A stretch of DNA of 64,000 bases, from contig JASTWF010000362.1 of NCBI GenBank assembly GCA_030390025.1, forward strand, positions 186,001 through 250,000, given 5' to 3'. The position numbers and the translations under genes are program-made. The number at the start of each line of letters is the position of its first letter. Within the stretch, counting starts at the first letter, position 1. Origin of the DNA: Squalus acanthias. Lineage: Eukaryota. Below, one piece after another: positions 12,731 to 23,605 of the stretch. The notes under the pieces are model-generated. The model saw nothing but the letters and a program-made list of their open reading frames with translations, was not told where the DNA came from and ran no database searches.

Positions 12731-13932
12731 GTCTATTTGGACTTTCAGAAGGCCTTCGACAAGGTCCCACACAAGAGATTGGTGAGCAAAGTTAAAGCAC
12801 ATGGGATTGGGGGTAATGTGTTGACGTGGATTGAGAACTGGTTGGCACACAGGAAACAAAGAGTAGGAGTAAATGGGTACTTTTCAGAATGGCAGGCAGT
12901 GACCAGCGGGGTACCGCAGGGTTCGGTGCTGGGACCCCAGCTGTTTACATTATATATTAATGATTTGGACGAAGGGATTAAATGTAATATCTCCAAATTT
13001 GCGGATGACACTAAATTGGGAGGCAGTGTGAACAATGAGGAGGATGCTAGGAGGCTACAGAGTGACTTGGACAGGTTGGGTGAATGGGCAAATGTATGGC
13101 AGATGAAGTACAATGTGGATAAATGTGAGGTTATCCACTTTGGTGGTAAAAATAGAGAGGCGGACTATTACCTGAATGGTGGCAGATTAGGGAAAGGGGA
13201 GGTGCAACGAGACCTGGGCATCATGGTACATCAGTCATTGAAGGTGGGAATGCAAGTGCAGCAGGCAGTCAAGAAAGCAAACGGAATGATGGCCTTCATA
13301 GTAAGGGGATTTGAGTACAGGAGTAGGGAGGTGATGCTGCAGTTGTACAGGGCCTTGGTGAGGCCACACCTGGAGTATTGTGCGCAGTTTTGGTCTCCTA
13401 ACTTAAGGAAGGACATTCTTGCTATTGAGGGAGTGCAGCGAAGGTTCACTAGATTGATTCCTGGGATGGCCGGACTGACATATCAAGAAAGATTGGGTCA
13501 ACTGAACTTGTATCCTCTGGAGTTCAGAAGAATGAGGGGGGATCTTATAGAGACATTTAAAATCCTGACTGGTTTAGACAAATTAGATGCGGGCAGAATG
13601 TTCCCAATGGTAGGGAAAACTAGAACCAGGGGTCACAGTCTAAGGATTAAGGGGAAGCCATTTAGGACTGAGCTGAGGAGGAACTTCTTCACCCAGAGAG
13701 TGGTGAATCTGTGGAATTCTCTTCCACAGAAGGTTGTTGAGGCCAGTTCGCTAAATATATTCAAAAGGGAGTTAGATATAACACTCACAACTAGGGGGAT
13801 CAAGGGGTATGGCGAGAAAGCAGGAATGGGGTACTGAGGTAGCATGTTCAGCCATGAACGCATTGAATGGCGGTGCAGGCTCGAAGGACCGAATGGTCTA
13901 ATCCTGTACCTATTTTCTATGTTTCTATGTTT
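12731..13932 (+). mobile_element. CR1-clade LINE, 5'-truncated, uninterrupted RT C-terminal ORF (12737-13837)
   Basis: DFQKAFDKVPH, GVPQGSVLGP and KFADDTK RT motifs; (TTTCTATG)n tail. Confidence 0.95.
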
Positions 13933-14486
13933 CATCATAATATCCTTGCCTCGTCTACATGCCACCCGTAGCACGCAGACCGCCTCAGTAAAAATCACTA
14001 ACGCCACCTTGTGACCAGCGTGCACTAACACTCCTCAACCACTCTGCCACCATCTTGTCATTTAATAAAAAAATGATAAATTATCAGTCTTGTTATTGTA
14101 AAAACCACTCGTGCGCGAATCATCAGCGGAGTTATTGTCGCAGGACTAACGACGCTTTGTTGCGGCAGTAACCGTGGAGGAAAATCTCCAACAACCACCC
14201 AATCTCATTCTCTTCAGTACACTATCACAGATATTGAAAGGTCTTAGGGAAGTCAGTAATCTGCTTCCCACATAGCCAAAGGATACATGGCCTGAACAGA
14301 AGTACAAGTGGGAATGAACATTTACAAATATTACTGTTCTTCGCTCCGTTACCAACAACATTGCAAAGTTATTCGCTATTCTCTAGGTTTTGCTTCTTTT
14401 TAAAAATGGGCAATAACTTGTTAGTGATAACAAAAACGATGGTGAAGGCAGCAATTATTTAACAACTTAAAAGCGCTATTTCTTAC

Positions 14487-14593
14487 CTCCAACGGCCAGG
14501 ATCATGTGACCAAGTGGCGGTCCGCTGTCGTCAATAAAAAACATCTGTTTCATGTACAAGGAAACAAATTGTCCATAATAAACTTCATCAAAC
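14487..14593 (-). CDS. POMT1: POMT1 exon 3 (107 nt), includes the conserved DE motif of PMT enzymes
   Basis: ag/gtaaga; [35 protein letters not shown]. Confidence 0.96.
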
Positions 14594-16510
14594 CTGCGAA
14601 GAGATTTTGGATGCCACAATCAATGACAACTGAGCTAAGTACAGTAACCAGCTTGTCGGATAATGGTTTCACGATGAATCCAACAGTGAGCTTATGAGAT
14701 TACTTAATATCAGACTGTAAAGTTGCAAAAATTTGATCAATTATACATTAAATATAGGTTGACTTCCAGTCTTTCAAATTATTGACAACAGGTTTCTCAA
14801 ATCAGATATGATACGAAATCCCTTTGTTATGTCTGCAAAAACCACTGCCAACCAATGTTCCCTGTAAAAAATTTTTTGGGTGCGCGGCTCCTTTAAGGGG
14901 CTGTGCGGCCCATTCAAAGTTTTGCACATGCGGGAACTTTAACATTGCAAAAGCCGGTCCTGGGCTGCGCGGCCATAGGTGTGATACGTCCCAACCGTGT
15001 TTACAACGAACAGTGAGTGAGTATAGGAGAATAATGAGCACAAGATCTGGAGTCTGGAGATGATATAGCTCTACCAACCGAGCTCTACATGGGAAATGCT
15101 AACTCCCAAGCAGTGAGATGTCACTGAAATTTGGACTTATCCTCAAGTATAAAGATGAAGTCGAGGACTAATGAAATGACCAATGTCACCCTAATAGGGT
15201 CATGTATGGAAGAAAGACAACTAGCTTGCCCATCTTAGAAGACGGTAGATTTCGAAAGACTTTGCTTGACATAAAGATGGACGAGCTAGATCCTATAAAG
15301 TACTTAAAACCATATTGAAATGACCTTAAAACCCTTTACAAGGAAAAATGAAATCTTCAGGTATCGTTTTTCTCCTGATCTTGATCTGTAGAGCATATAC
15401 TTGGTCCCTTTTTGGACACTAAGGAAATCAAGGGATATGGGGATCGGGCGGGAAAGTGGAGTTGAAGTAGATCAGCCATGATCTTATTGAATGGCGGAGC
15501 AGGCTCAAGGGGCCAAATGGCCTACTCTTTCTCCTATTTCATATGTTCTAGCTGATACAGAATAGAACAAACTAGACAGCTTTGACGCATGGCCCCTAAG
15601 TAACCCAAGGGCTATGATGTAGTGGGATTTAGTGAGGAATGAGAGATCAGAAACTACTGATCAGCTACTGGTGAACACCCAACTCAAAAGCTGTAAAGAA
15701 ATGGTTTGTACAAATTACAGCTAGTCAGATATTTTCACCATTATAGAATGAAATGCAAGAGACCCAGAGGAAGTCCATGAACCAAATGCCACAAGATTTT
15801 GAGAGAAATCAGAAATGCAGGGAAGACCACGGGGAGGAGGAAGAAGAAAAACAAACACGGCTGGAGTGGAGATCATCAAGCTACCATCCAGTGTCAAAGG
15901 AAAGAGTCAAGTCCCTTCCTGAAGGTATTGACTCCTTGCTGGGGTCACACGCAGAATGACACCCAGGTGGCCACCATTTATGGGTGAGCCACCTGGGTAA
16001 AGTACTGCAAATGCCCTCAGCATGGCATTCTGACAGTCTATTCAACTAGGAGGGCATCATTTCATTGCCCATATATGGTCACATGACTTTTACAACTCAC
16101 TTAGGTCATCAAGTTTTTAGCTGTAGGGCATGGAGTTTAACTTTGTTGGGCATCTTATGATCCTTAGGTCATCAGACAGATCGCTACCACGACCACAGCG
16201 GCCTTATCCTCATCAATATCCTGTTCCATTGTCTAAAGTTATCATCCTTTTCCAATGTTACCTCAGCAACCTTTGCTCTTCCTGAACTATGACTTTATCC
16301 AGGGGTGTCATTGTGATCAAAAGATAGGATCTGCAAGCTTACAATTTAAACCAATTCTGCCTACATTAACTGTTCTGTATTAAAAAATAATCTGAAAACG
16401 TACCTACATTCTTACACAGCCTCATGGCAACAGAGACCAAGTGGATCTGAAGATAGGGGATAACTTACGATGAAAAAAAATGCCATTTAAAACAAACAAA
16501 GTCTACTTAC

Positions 16511-16632
16511 ACAACGGCTCTGGGATAAGTCAGCCCCCACAGCCTGCTTCCAATTCCCAGGACAGTAAGAATAGTTAAAACCACATCAACCTGCACAGTG
16601 ACTATAATCGGCATTTTCAGCAATCCAAGCAT
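16511..16632 (-). CDS. POMT1: POMT1 exon 2 coding part with start codon (exon spans 16511-16648)
   Basis: aaaaATG at 16632; MLGLLKMPIIVTVQVDVVLTILTVLGIGSRLWGLTYPRAVV; acceptor ttccag at 16649-16650, donor gtaagt. Confidence 0.95.
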
Positions 16633-17200
16633 TTTTCAGGTGGTGGAGCTGGAAGAAAGATTAGATATTGTAAAGATGACTGGAAAATAACCCTTCTGTT
16701 TTCAGTTAGATACAAATATCCACAGTAAAGCTCACTTTACCCAATTACACACATCCCAACCAGTCAAGATAGATTCAACCTTTGCCATCAGAATAACAGT
16801 AACCGGATAGCCCACCTATCCACAGTACACCACCGCTGCATTTCCAAGAACAATGAATCCCATCATTACTCTCATGATATAAAAGGACACAAGACAAATT
16901 GTAAATCTATTCAACAACTGAACAAAGCTGCAGAATTCTCAAGCAACAATATCTTATGTATGCAGTAGCACCTCACCTCACGGTGTTAATGTTTTTTTTC
17001 ATTATTCATTCAAGGGATGTGGGCGTCGCTGACAAGGCCAGCATTTATTGTCCATCCCTAATTACCCTCGAGAAGGTGGTGGTGAGCCACCTTCTTGAAC
17101 TGCTGCAGTCCGTGTGGTGATGGTACTCCCACAGTGCTGTTAGGGAGAGTTTTCCAGGATTTTGACCCAGCGACGACGAAGGAAGAACGACATATTCCCA

Positions 17201-17290
17201 AAAATGAGAAGTCGCACAACACCAGGTTATAGTCCAACAGATTTATTTAATTTTACAAGCTTTCGGAGCGGTTCGCTCCTTCCTCAGGTA
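17201..17290 (-). mobile_element. Penelope-like terminal repeat fragment with minimal hammerhead
   Basis: Similar to 19279-19405; minus strand TAC-CTGAGGA-A-GGAGCG-AAC-CGCTCC-GAAAGCT-T-GTA. Confidence 0.65.
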
Positions 17291-19278
17291 GAGTAGCTGT
17301 GAATCTCCCAGAATTCACAATATAAGCACAGAAAAAAATCTATTCAAATCTTTCCCTACATCAAAGACACACTAAGAGCACAGCCAAGACAATGAGATGT
17401 GTCCCAGGGGGTCCAACGTGTCAAAACACCTGCTGGCTGCATATCCTGTCAATTTGTGTTGGTTCTTGTGTTAGTCTTGTTAGTCAGGCGTGTCCGAATC
17501 CAATGCCTAGGTCAATGCCGGGTGGTCCGTCCGGTTTTATTCTTGGTATACCGTCTTCTAATAGTTTGATAGAACTGAGTGGCTTGCTAGGCCATTTCAG
17601 AGGGCAGTTAAGAGTCATCAACCAAAATGCTGTGGATCTGGAGTCACATATAGGCCAGACCAGGTAAGGACGGCAGCTTTCTTTCCCGAAGGGATATTAG
17701 TGAACCAGTTGGGTTTTTACAATAATCGGTAGTTTCATGGTCACCATTACTAGCTTTTTAATTCCAGATTTATTTAACTAAGTAAATTCAAATTGACAAA
17801 CTGCGTTGGTGGGATTTGAACTCATGTCTCCAGATTATTAGTCCAGTAACATAACCACTATGTTACCGTAACCTATATCATCAGCTCCTGTTTAAGGGGA
17901 GGGAAGAATATGCGTGCTGACTATTAGCATTTGCTCTTGCTAGGGATATTTGGTCCTATTTAATTTAGACGTTATCTGCACAGTATCATCTTCAGTAGTT
18001 CTGAAAGTTTTTTTTGTGGAGCAGTTGAGCAGTGTCAACACGCTTTTAACTGGTGCTCTAGAATAACTCGGCGCAGTCACGGTAGGGGAGCTGGGTTTGA
18101 AACTAAATCAAACTGCTCACAGAAAATATTTTGTTTGGGTTTTCTCAGCGTCATGGAATAAACTCCACGCTCTGTATACACGAGATTAAAAAATGATACA
18201 TTCCAAACTATCTTGGCCCATGAACACTTGCATTTATTATTCCATTCCTGGAGCCTAGAACTGGCCAACCTTCTTCAAAGTTGGATCTTGTAGCTTGTAA
18301 ATTACAAATTGGACTAATGTTCCTTGTAATTTATTTTTGGGCTGCGCGGCTCCTAATACGGGCTGCGTGCCCCATTCAAAATTTTTCTATTTAAATAGCC
18401 AGCTGCGTGGGAGCTCCAGAGCCTAAAGGGAACATTGAATAGGAGACTCTCAGAATTTGTCCAGATTTTTCTGAAATACATACATTTTTACATCGAGGAC
18501 CGTCAATGGGAAGCCACTGAATTTGTAATTTATTCTGTACCTGGGGAGGAAATAAAACTCAAAAATAGCTCGTGGACCCCATTCAATTCAAATCTCAATT
18601 CAAAAACGGAGAATTGTTTCTGCAATATAAACCATATCAGAGTAAACTTTACTGTTTCGATTCTAATTTAGACGGGCCCGTTATAAATGTGGTCACTTTA
18701 ATACCTCTCACGAAGTCAACCATCTTGAAAATCCTGCTAATCATTATTAAAGTTGGAAATTACAGGCAGCAGTTCAGCCGTGGCTCAGTGGGTAGCACCC
18801 TCGCCTCGGAGTCTTGTGGGTTCAAGTCCCACTCCAGAGACTTGAGCACAAAATCTAGGCAGACACTCAGTGCAGTGCTGAGGGAGTGCTGCACTGTCGG
18901 AGGTGCCGTCTTTCGGATGAGACGTTAACCGAGGCCTCATCTGCCCTCTCAGGTGGACGTAAAATATCCCATGGCACTACTGCGAAGAGGAGCAAGGGAG
19001 TTCTCCCCGGTGTCCTGGCCAATATTTATCCCTCAATGAACACCATTAAAACAGATGATCTGGTCATTTATCTCATTGTTGTGTGTGGGACCTTGCAGTG
19101 CACAATAGCTGCCAGTGACTACATTTCAAAAAGTACTTCATTGGCTGTAAAGCGCTTTGGGATGTCCCGAGGTCATGAAAGGCACTATAATATATCTTCT
19201 TTCTGAAGATATATTTCAACTTGTAAATATCAGAATCTGAATGCTACCTTTCCCCTAACCACTAGTAATAGAAATGTA

Positions 19279-19465
19279 CATGATGTGGAGATGCTGGTGT
19301 TGGACTGGGGTGGACAAAAGTGAGAAGTCGCACAACACCAGGTTATAGTCCAACAGTTTTATTTGAAATCACAAGCTTTCAGAGCGGCTGCTCCTTCGTC
19401 AGGTGAAATTTTTTTTAGCAGCCTATATTTTAACAGTTTCACATATACACTACAAATGCAAACCC
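19279..19465 (-). mobile_element. Penelope-like terminal fragment plus captured local DNA, flanked by a 12-bp TSD
   Basis: AATAGAAATGTA at 19267-19278 and 19466-19477. Confidence 0.75.
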
Positions 19466-19818
19466 AATAGAAATGTAGCCTCAGCTTCTTCCTGATTTGC
19501 CACTTTTAAAGTACTTTCTATCAACACTGCCAAGTACAGAGATTGAAATTTAGATTAGCCAGTGGCACATAACATATTCTCTATTTGGACCACTGACAGA
19601 GTTCCAGGGGCTGAGTTCAATATAGGAAAAAGTCTAAGTTTGGGTAGCTGATGATGTCTTTCGGGGGCAGGGATTCCTCGGAAGTGTAATATTTGCAGAA
19701 TGGTCCCTCACCTCACACACAAAAATGTTTGAAAACCAGTGTTATAAACTGTACCTCTGACATGTTTAGAATGATTTTTGTGACACGAACAGACAGACAG
19801 ACTTAACTGCATTTATAT

Positions 19819-20095
19819 TAGGGTGGCCATATTTTCTAAACTGAATCCAGGGGCACACAGGGTGGGAGCACAACAAAGTAGCCAGGACGGAAAATGTAGG
19901 TTGCTCAGCGCAGCGAGGCAAAATTTTTTTAGCAGCCTATATTTTAACAGTTTCACATATACACTACAAATGCAAAACAAATGGGCATATAATTACCAGA
20001 TGTGACATCACACTATTGAAGCACATTCAAACACCATTTATAAAGACAGTAACACTGGTCAGGAACGTCAGTTTTTCGTACCTACTGTCTATACG

Positions 20096-20129
<34 letters not shown>

Positions 20130-22690
20130 CCCAAGTCAGTTGTTTTTCACAGATTTATTAATGATTGCTTTGCTATCTCCACACTTCAAGAAAAGCGACA
20201 TGATGACTTTGTTGCTTCTGCTAGTGGAATACGCGTAGAGATTAATCTCCATCAACCATCACGCAGTCAACGATAATGTGGGTATGTGGAACAGGTGCTC
20301 TGCTGTACGCTAGTTCCAGGCTAACAAGGCAAGGGAATACACGATAAATGGTAGGATACTCAGAAGTGTAGAGGAACAGAGGGACTTGAGTACATGTCCA
20401 CAGATCCCTGAAAGTAGCAGGACAGGTAGATAAGGTGGTTAAGAAGGCATACGGGATACTTTCCTTTATTAGTTGAGGCATAGAATAAGAGCAGGGAGGT
20501 TATGCTAGAACTGTATAAAACACTAGTTAGAGCACAGCTAGAGTACTGTGTACAGTTCTGGCCACCACATTACAAGAAAGATGTGATTGCACTAGAGAGG
20601 GTTCAGAGGAGATTTACAAAGATGTTGCCAGGACTGGAGAATTTTAGCTATGAGGAAAGATGGGACAGGCTGGGGTTGTTTTCTTTGTAACAGAGGAAGC
20701 TGAGGGGAGATTTAATTGAAGTGTATAAAATAGATAGAGTGGATAGGAAGGACCTATTTCCCTTAGCAGAGAGGTCAATAACCAGGGGGCATAGATTTAA
20801 AATAATTAGTTGCAGGATTAGAGGGGAGTTGAGGAGAACTTCTTTCACATTTAAAATAATTAGTTGCAGGATTAGAGGGGAGTTGAGGAGAACTTCTTTC
20901 ACAGAGAGGGCGGTGGGGGTCTGGAACTCACTGCCTGAAAGGGTGGTAGAGGCAGAAACCCTCAACACATTTAAAAATTACTTGGATATGCACTTGAAGT
21001 GCCGTAACCTACAGGGCTACGGACCAAGAGCTGGAAAGTGGGATTAGGCCGGATAGCTCTTCTTCGGCTGGGACAGACACGATGGGCTGAATGACCTCCT
21101 TATGCGTCGTAAATTTCTATAATTCTATGATATTAAAGATTACACGAGAGGGTCTCTGACGGTTTACCCATGTTCCTATCTTTAGTTTGCACACTGAACA
21201 CCACAAAGTACAACCAAACAGCATCCACCTGTTAGTTCCAAGCTTTCTGTACACTGACTGACACCCAGCTCTACCTCGCCCTCGCCTCTCTCAAAACTTC
21301 CACTGCCTTTGTGTTGTCAGATGGCCCGTCTGACATCCAATCCTGGATGAGCCAAAAATTCCTCCAGTTAAACATTGGGAACACCCAAACCATTGTTTTC
21401 AACCCACCACAAACTCCGTTCCTTGGCCACCGATTCCTTCTCCATTTCCCGGCCACTATCTCAGGTTGAACCAAATGGTTTGCCACCGCAGCGTCCCTGA
21501 ACTGAGCTTCCAACTCTATAATCCTCTCCATCACAAAGACCGCCCACTTCCACCTCCGTAACATTGCCCATCTCTGCTCCTGCTTCAGCCCACCTTCCCT
21601 CCTATAGCTGATTTTTTTTTTTTAGAAACAGCTTTCAGAATTTTCTCCAGTGTATGTATTATGGAAATTTGAATGTTCTCGTCAACAACACGTGGAAGGA
21701 GCTCACAAACTTGTTTGTCATGAAGATTAAGACCATCTGTTCATCTACCTCTGCCACACACCCCAATTCCCTCGTCCACCAAGCCAAACCTCTACCAAGG
21801 CTCCCTTGGGCCTAGCCCTGAACCCATGTCTTTCTCTCGTTTCTCCCTTACCTCCTGCTCTTTCTATGTGAATGAGACTCACTTCCTGGCTCGCTTGACC
21901 CCATTCCCGCTAAACAGTTGGCCACTAATTTACTATTAGTGTTTACTTCAGTATCACTGCACACAAGCTAAAAACAAAGATGAAAGGGCCTAAAAAGTGA
22001 ATCTGTGGGAGGTAAAGATTGATTAGTTAAGATAAAAAAATCTACATATGCTAAAAATTTGAAACAAAAACAAACAGCTCAATCAGCATCTATGAAAATA
22101 AATAACAATTTTTGGGACCAGACTAAAGCACCTCAATTAGTAAGTACATAACATATCCAAGTATGTAAAAGTTATTGGTTAAATAAACTTACATTCTTAA
22201 ATTAGGCGCACTGTCTTTGCTCCATTCTTACTCTGCTCTTTCACAAATACGCCACCCACATGCCCTCTGTCTTTCTGCCTGCACTTTATTCGTCAAATTT
22301 ATTTATAATGTAGATGCAGCTCAATTTCCCACCGCTTTGATTGGCCAATTCCGCCATAAATCATCAATCACCCGGTTTGGCGATATGGTGGGCGGCGGCT
22401 CCAGCACGTGACGACCAAGGTTGTTGAAAGATCAGCCACACCTGCGATAACTAATTAGTGTACTGTTTTTGGATGTAACTAATTGGGGTGATATTTTAAA
22501 TTTATTTTTCTAAATCTCTAAGCCAGAGTTCTTGTTTATTGCCTGAAACTATTTCACATTTAATCACTGAACATTTTATTCGGGGTCGAGTTTCCTGAAC
22601 CGGGGACTCTTCCGGGAACATTGTTTGCCCGGGAACACAGTACCTAATCCGAGGACTGTCCACGGAAAACGGGGACGTATGGTCACCCTA
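19819..22690. mobile_element. Non-autonomous hAT (Blackjack-type termini) DNA transposon with nested CR1 (~20326-21130) and L2 (~21255-21600) fragments
   Basis: TIRs TAGGGTGGCCATA / TATGGTCACCCTA; 8-bp TSD ATTTATAT / ATTTCTAC; it splits a DeuSINE tail. Confidence 0.8.
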
Positions 22691-22869
22691 ATTTCTACAG
22701 CGCTTTTCACGACTACCGGATGTCCCAAAGCGCTTTACAGTCAATGAAGTACTTTTTGATGTGTAGTCACAGTTGTAATGTAGGAAACGCGGCAGCCAAT
22801 TTGCACACAGCAAGCTCCCACAAACAGCAATGTGATAATGGCCAGATAATCTGTTTTAGTATAATATAA

Positions 22870-23555
22870 AATAAAAACAGAAAATGCTGGAAACACTCTG
22901 CAGGTCAGGCAGCTTCTGTGGAGAGAGAAACAGAGTTAACGTTTCAGGTCGATGACCCTTCGTCAGAACTGGATAAAAGTTTGAGATGTAACAGATTTTA
23001 AGCAAGTACAGAGGCAGGGAAAGGCGGGAGGGGAGGAAAGAATAAAAGGGAAGGTCTGTGATAGGATGGAAAGCAGGAGAGATTAAAAGACAAAAGGGAT
23101 GATGGTGCAAGGCAAAAGGAGATGGTAATGGGACAAGTAAAGAAACAAAAGATGAGTCTAGGTGAGGTGTAAATGGGAATGACAGATCATCAACAGCTGC
23201 AATCTGAAAAAAATAATAAGGACAGAGGTTATGGTCTGAAATTGTTGAACTCAATGTTGAGGCCAGAAGGCTGTAAAGTGCCAAATCGAAAGATGAGGTG
23301 CTGTTCCTCGAGCTTACGTTGAGCTTTGTTGGAACAGTGTAAGAGGCCGAGGTCAGAGAGATCAGAGTGGGAGTGGAGCGGAGAATTAAAGTGACAGGCG
23401 ACCGGAAGCTCGGGGTCACGCTTACGGACTGAACGGAGGTGTTCCGCAAAGTGGTCACCCAATCTGCGTTTGGTCTCCTCAAATGTAGAGGAGACCACAT
23501 CGTGAGCAGCGAATACAGTATACTAAATTGCAAGAAGTACACGTAAATTGCTGAT
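22870..23555 (-). mobile_element. Penelope-like element 3' part: GIY-YIG endonuclease remnant plus terminal repeat with hammerhead
   Basis: ORF 23229-23498 ETKRRLGDHFAEH..PVACHFN..RKLEEQHLIFRFGTLQPSGLN; hammerhead core at 22934-22970. Confidence 0.85.
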
Positions 23556-23605
23556 GTTCGATGAGGGATAAAAATTGGGCGAGCTCAGCATCCATTTTTC
23601 CTCAT

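Noticed and set aside
12737..13837. 366-aa reverse transcriptase ORF as a domesticated gene
   Set aside because: It is a 5'-truncated CR1 ORF2 with no real start (TTG) and a standard CR1 tail; a young copy explains the open frame.
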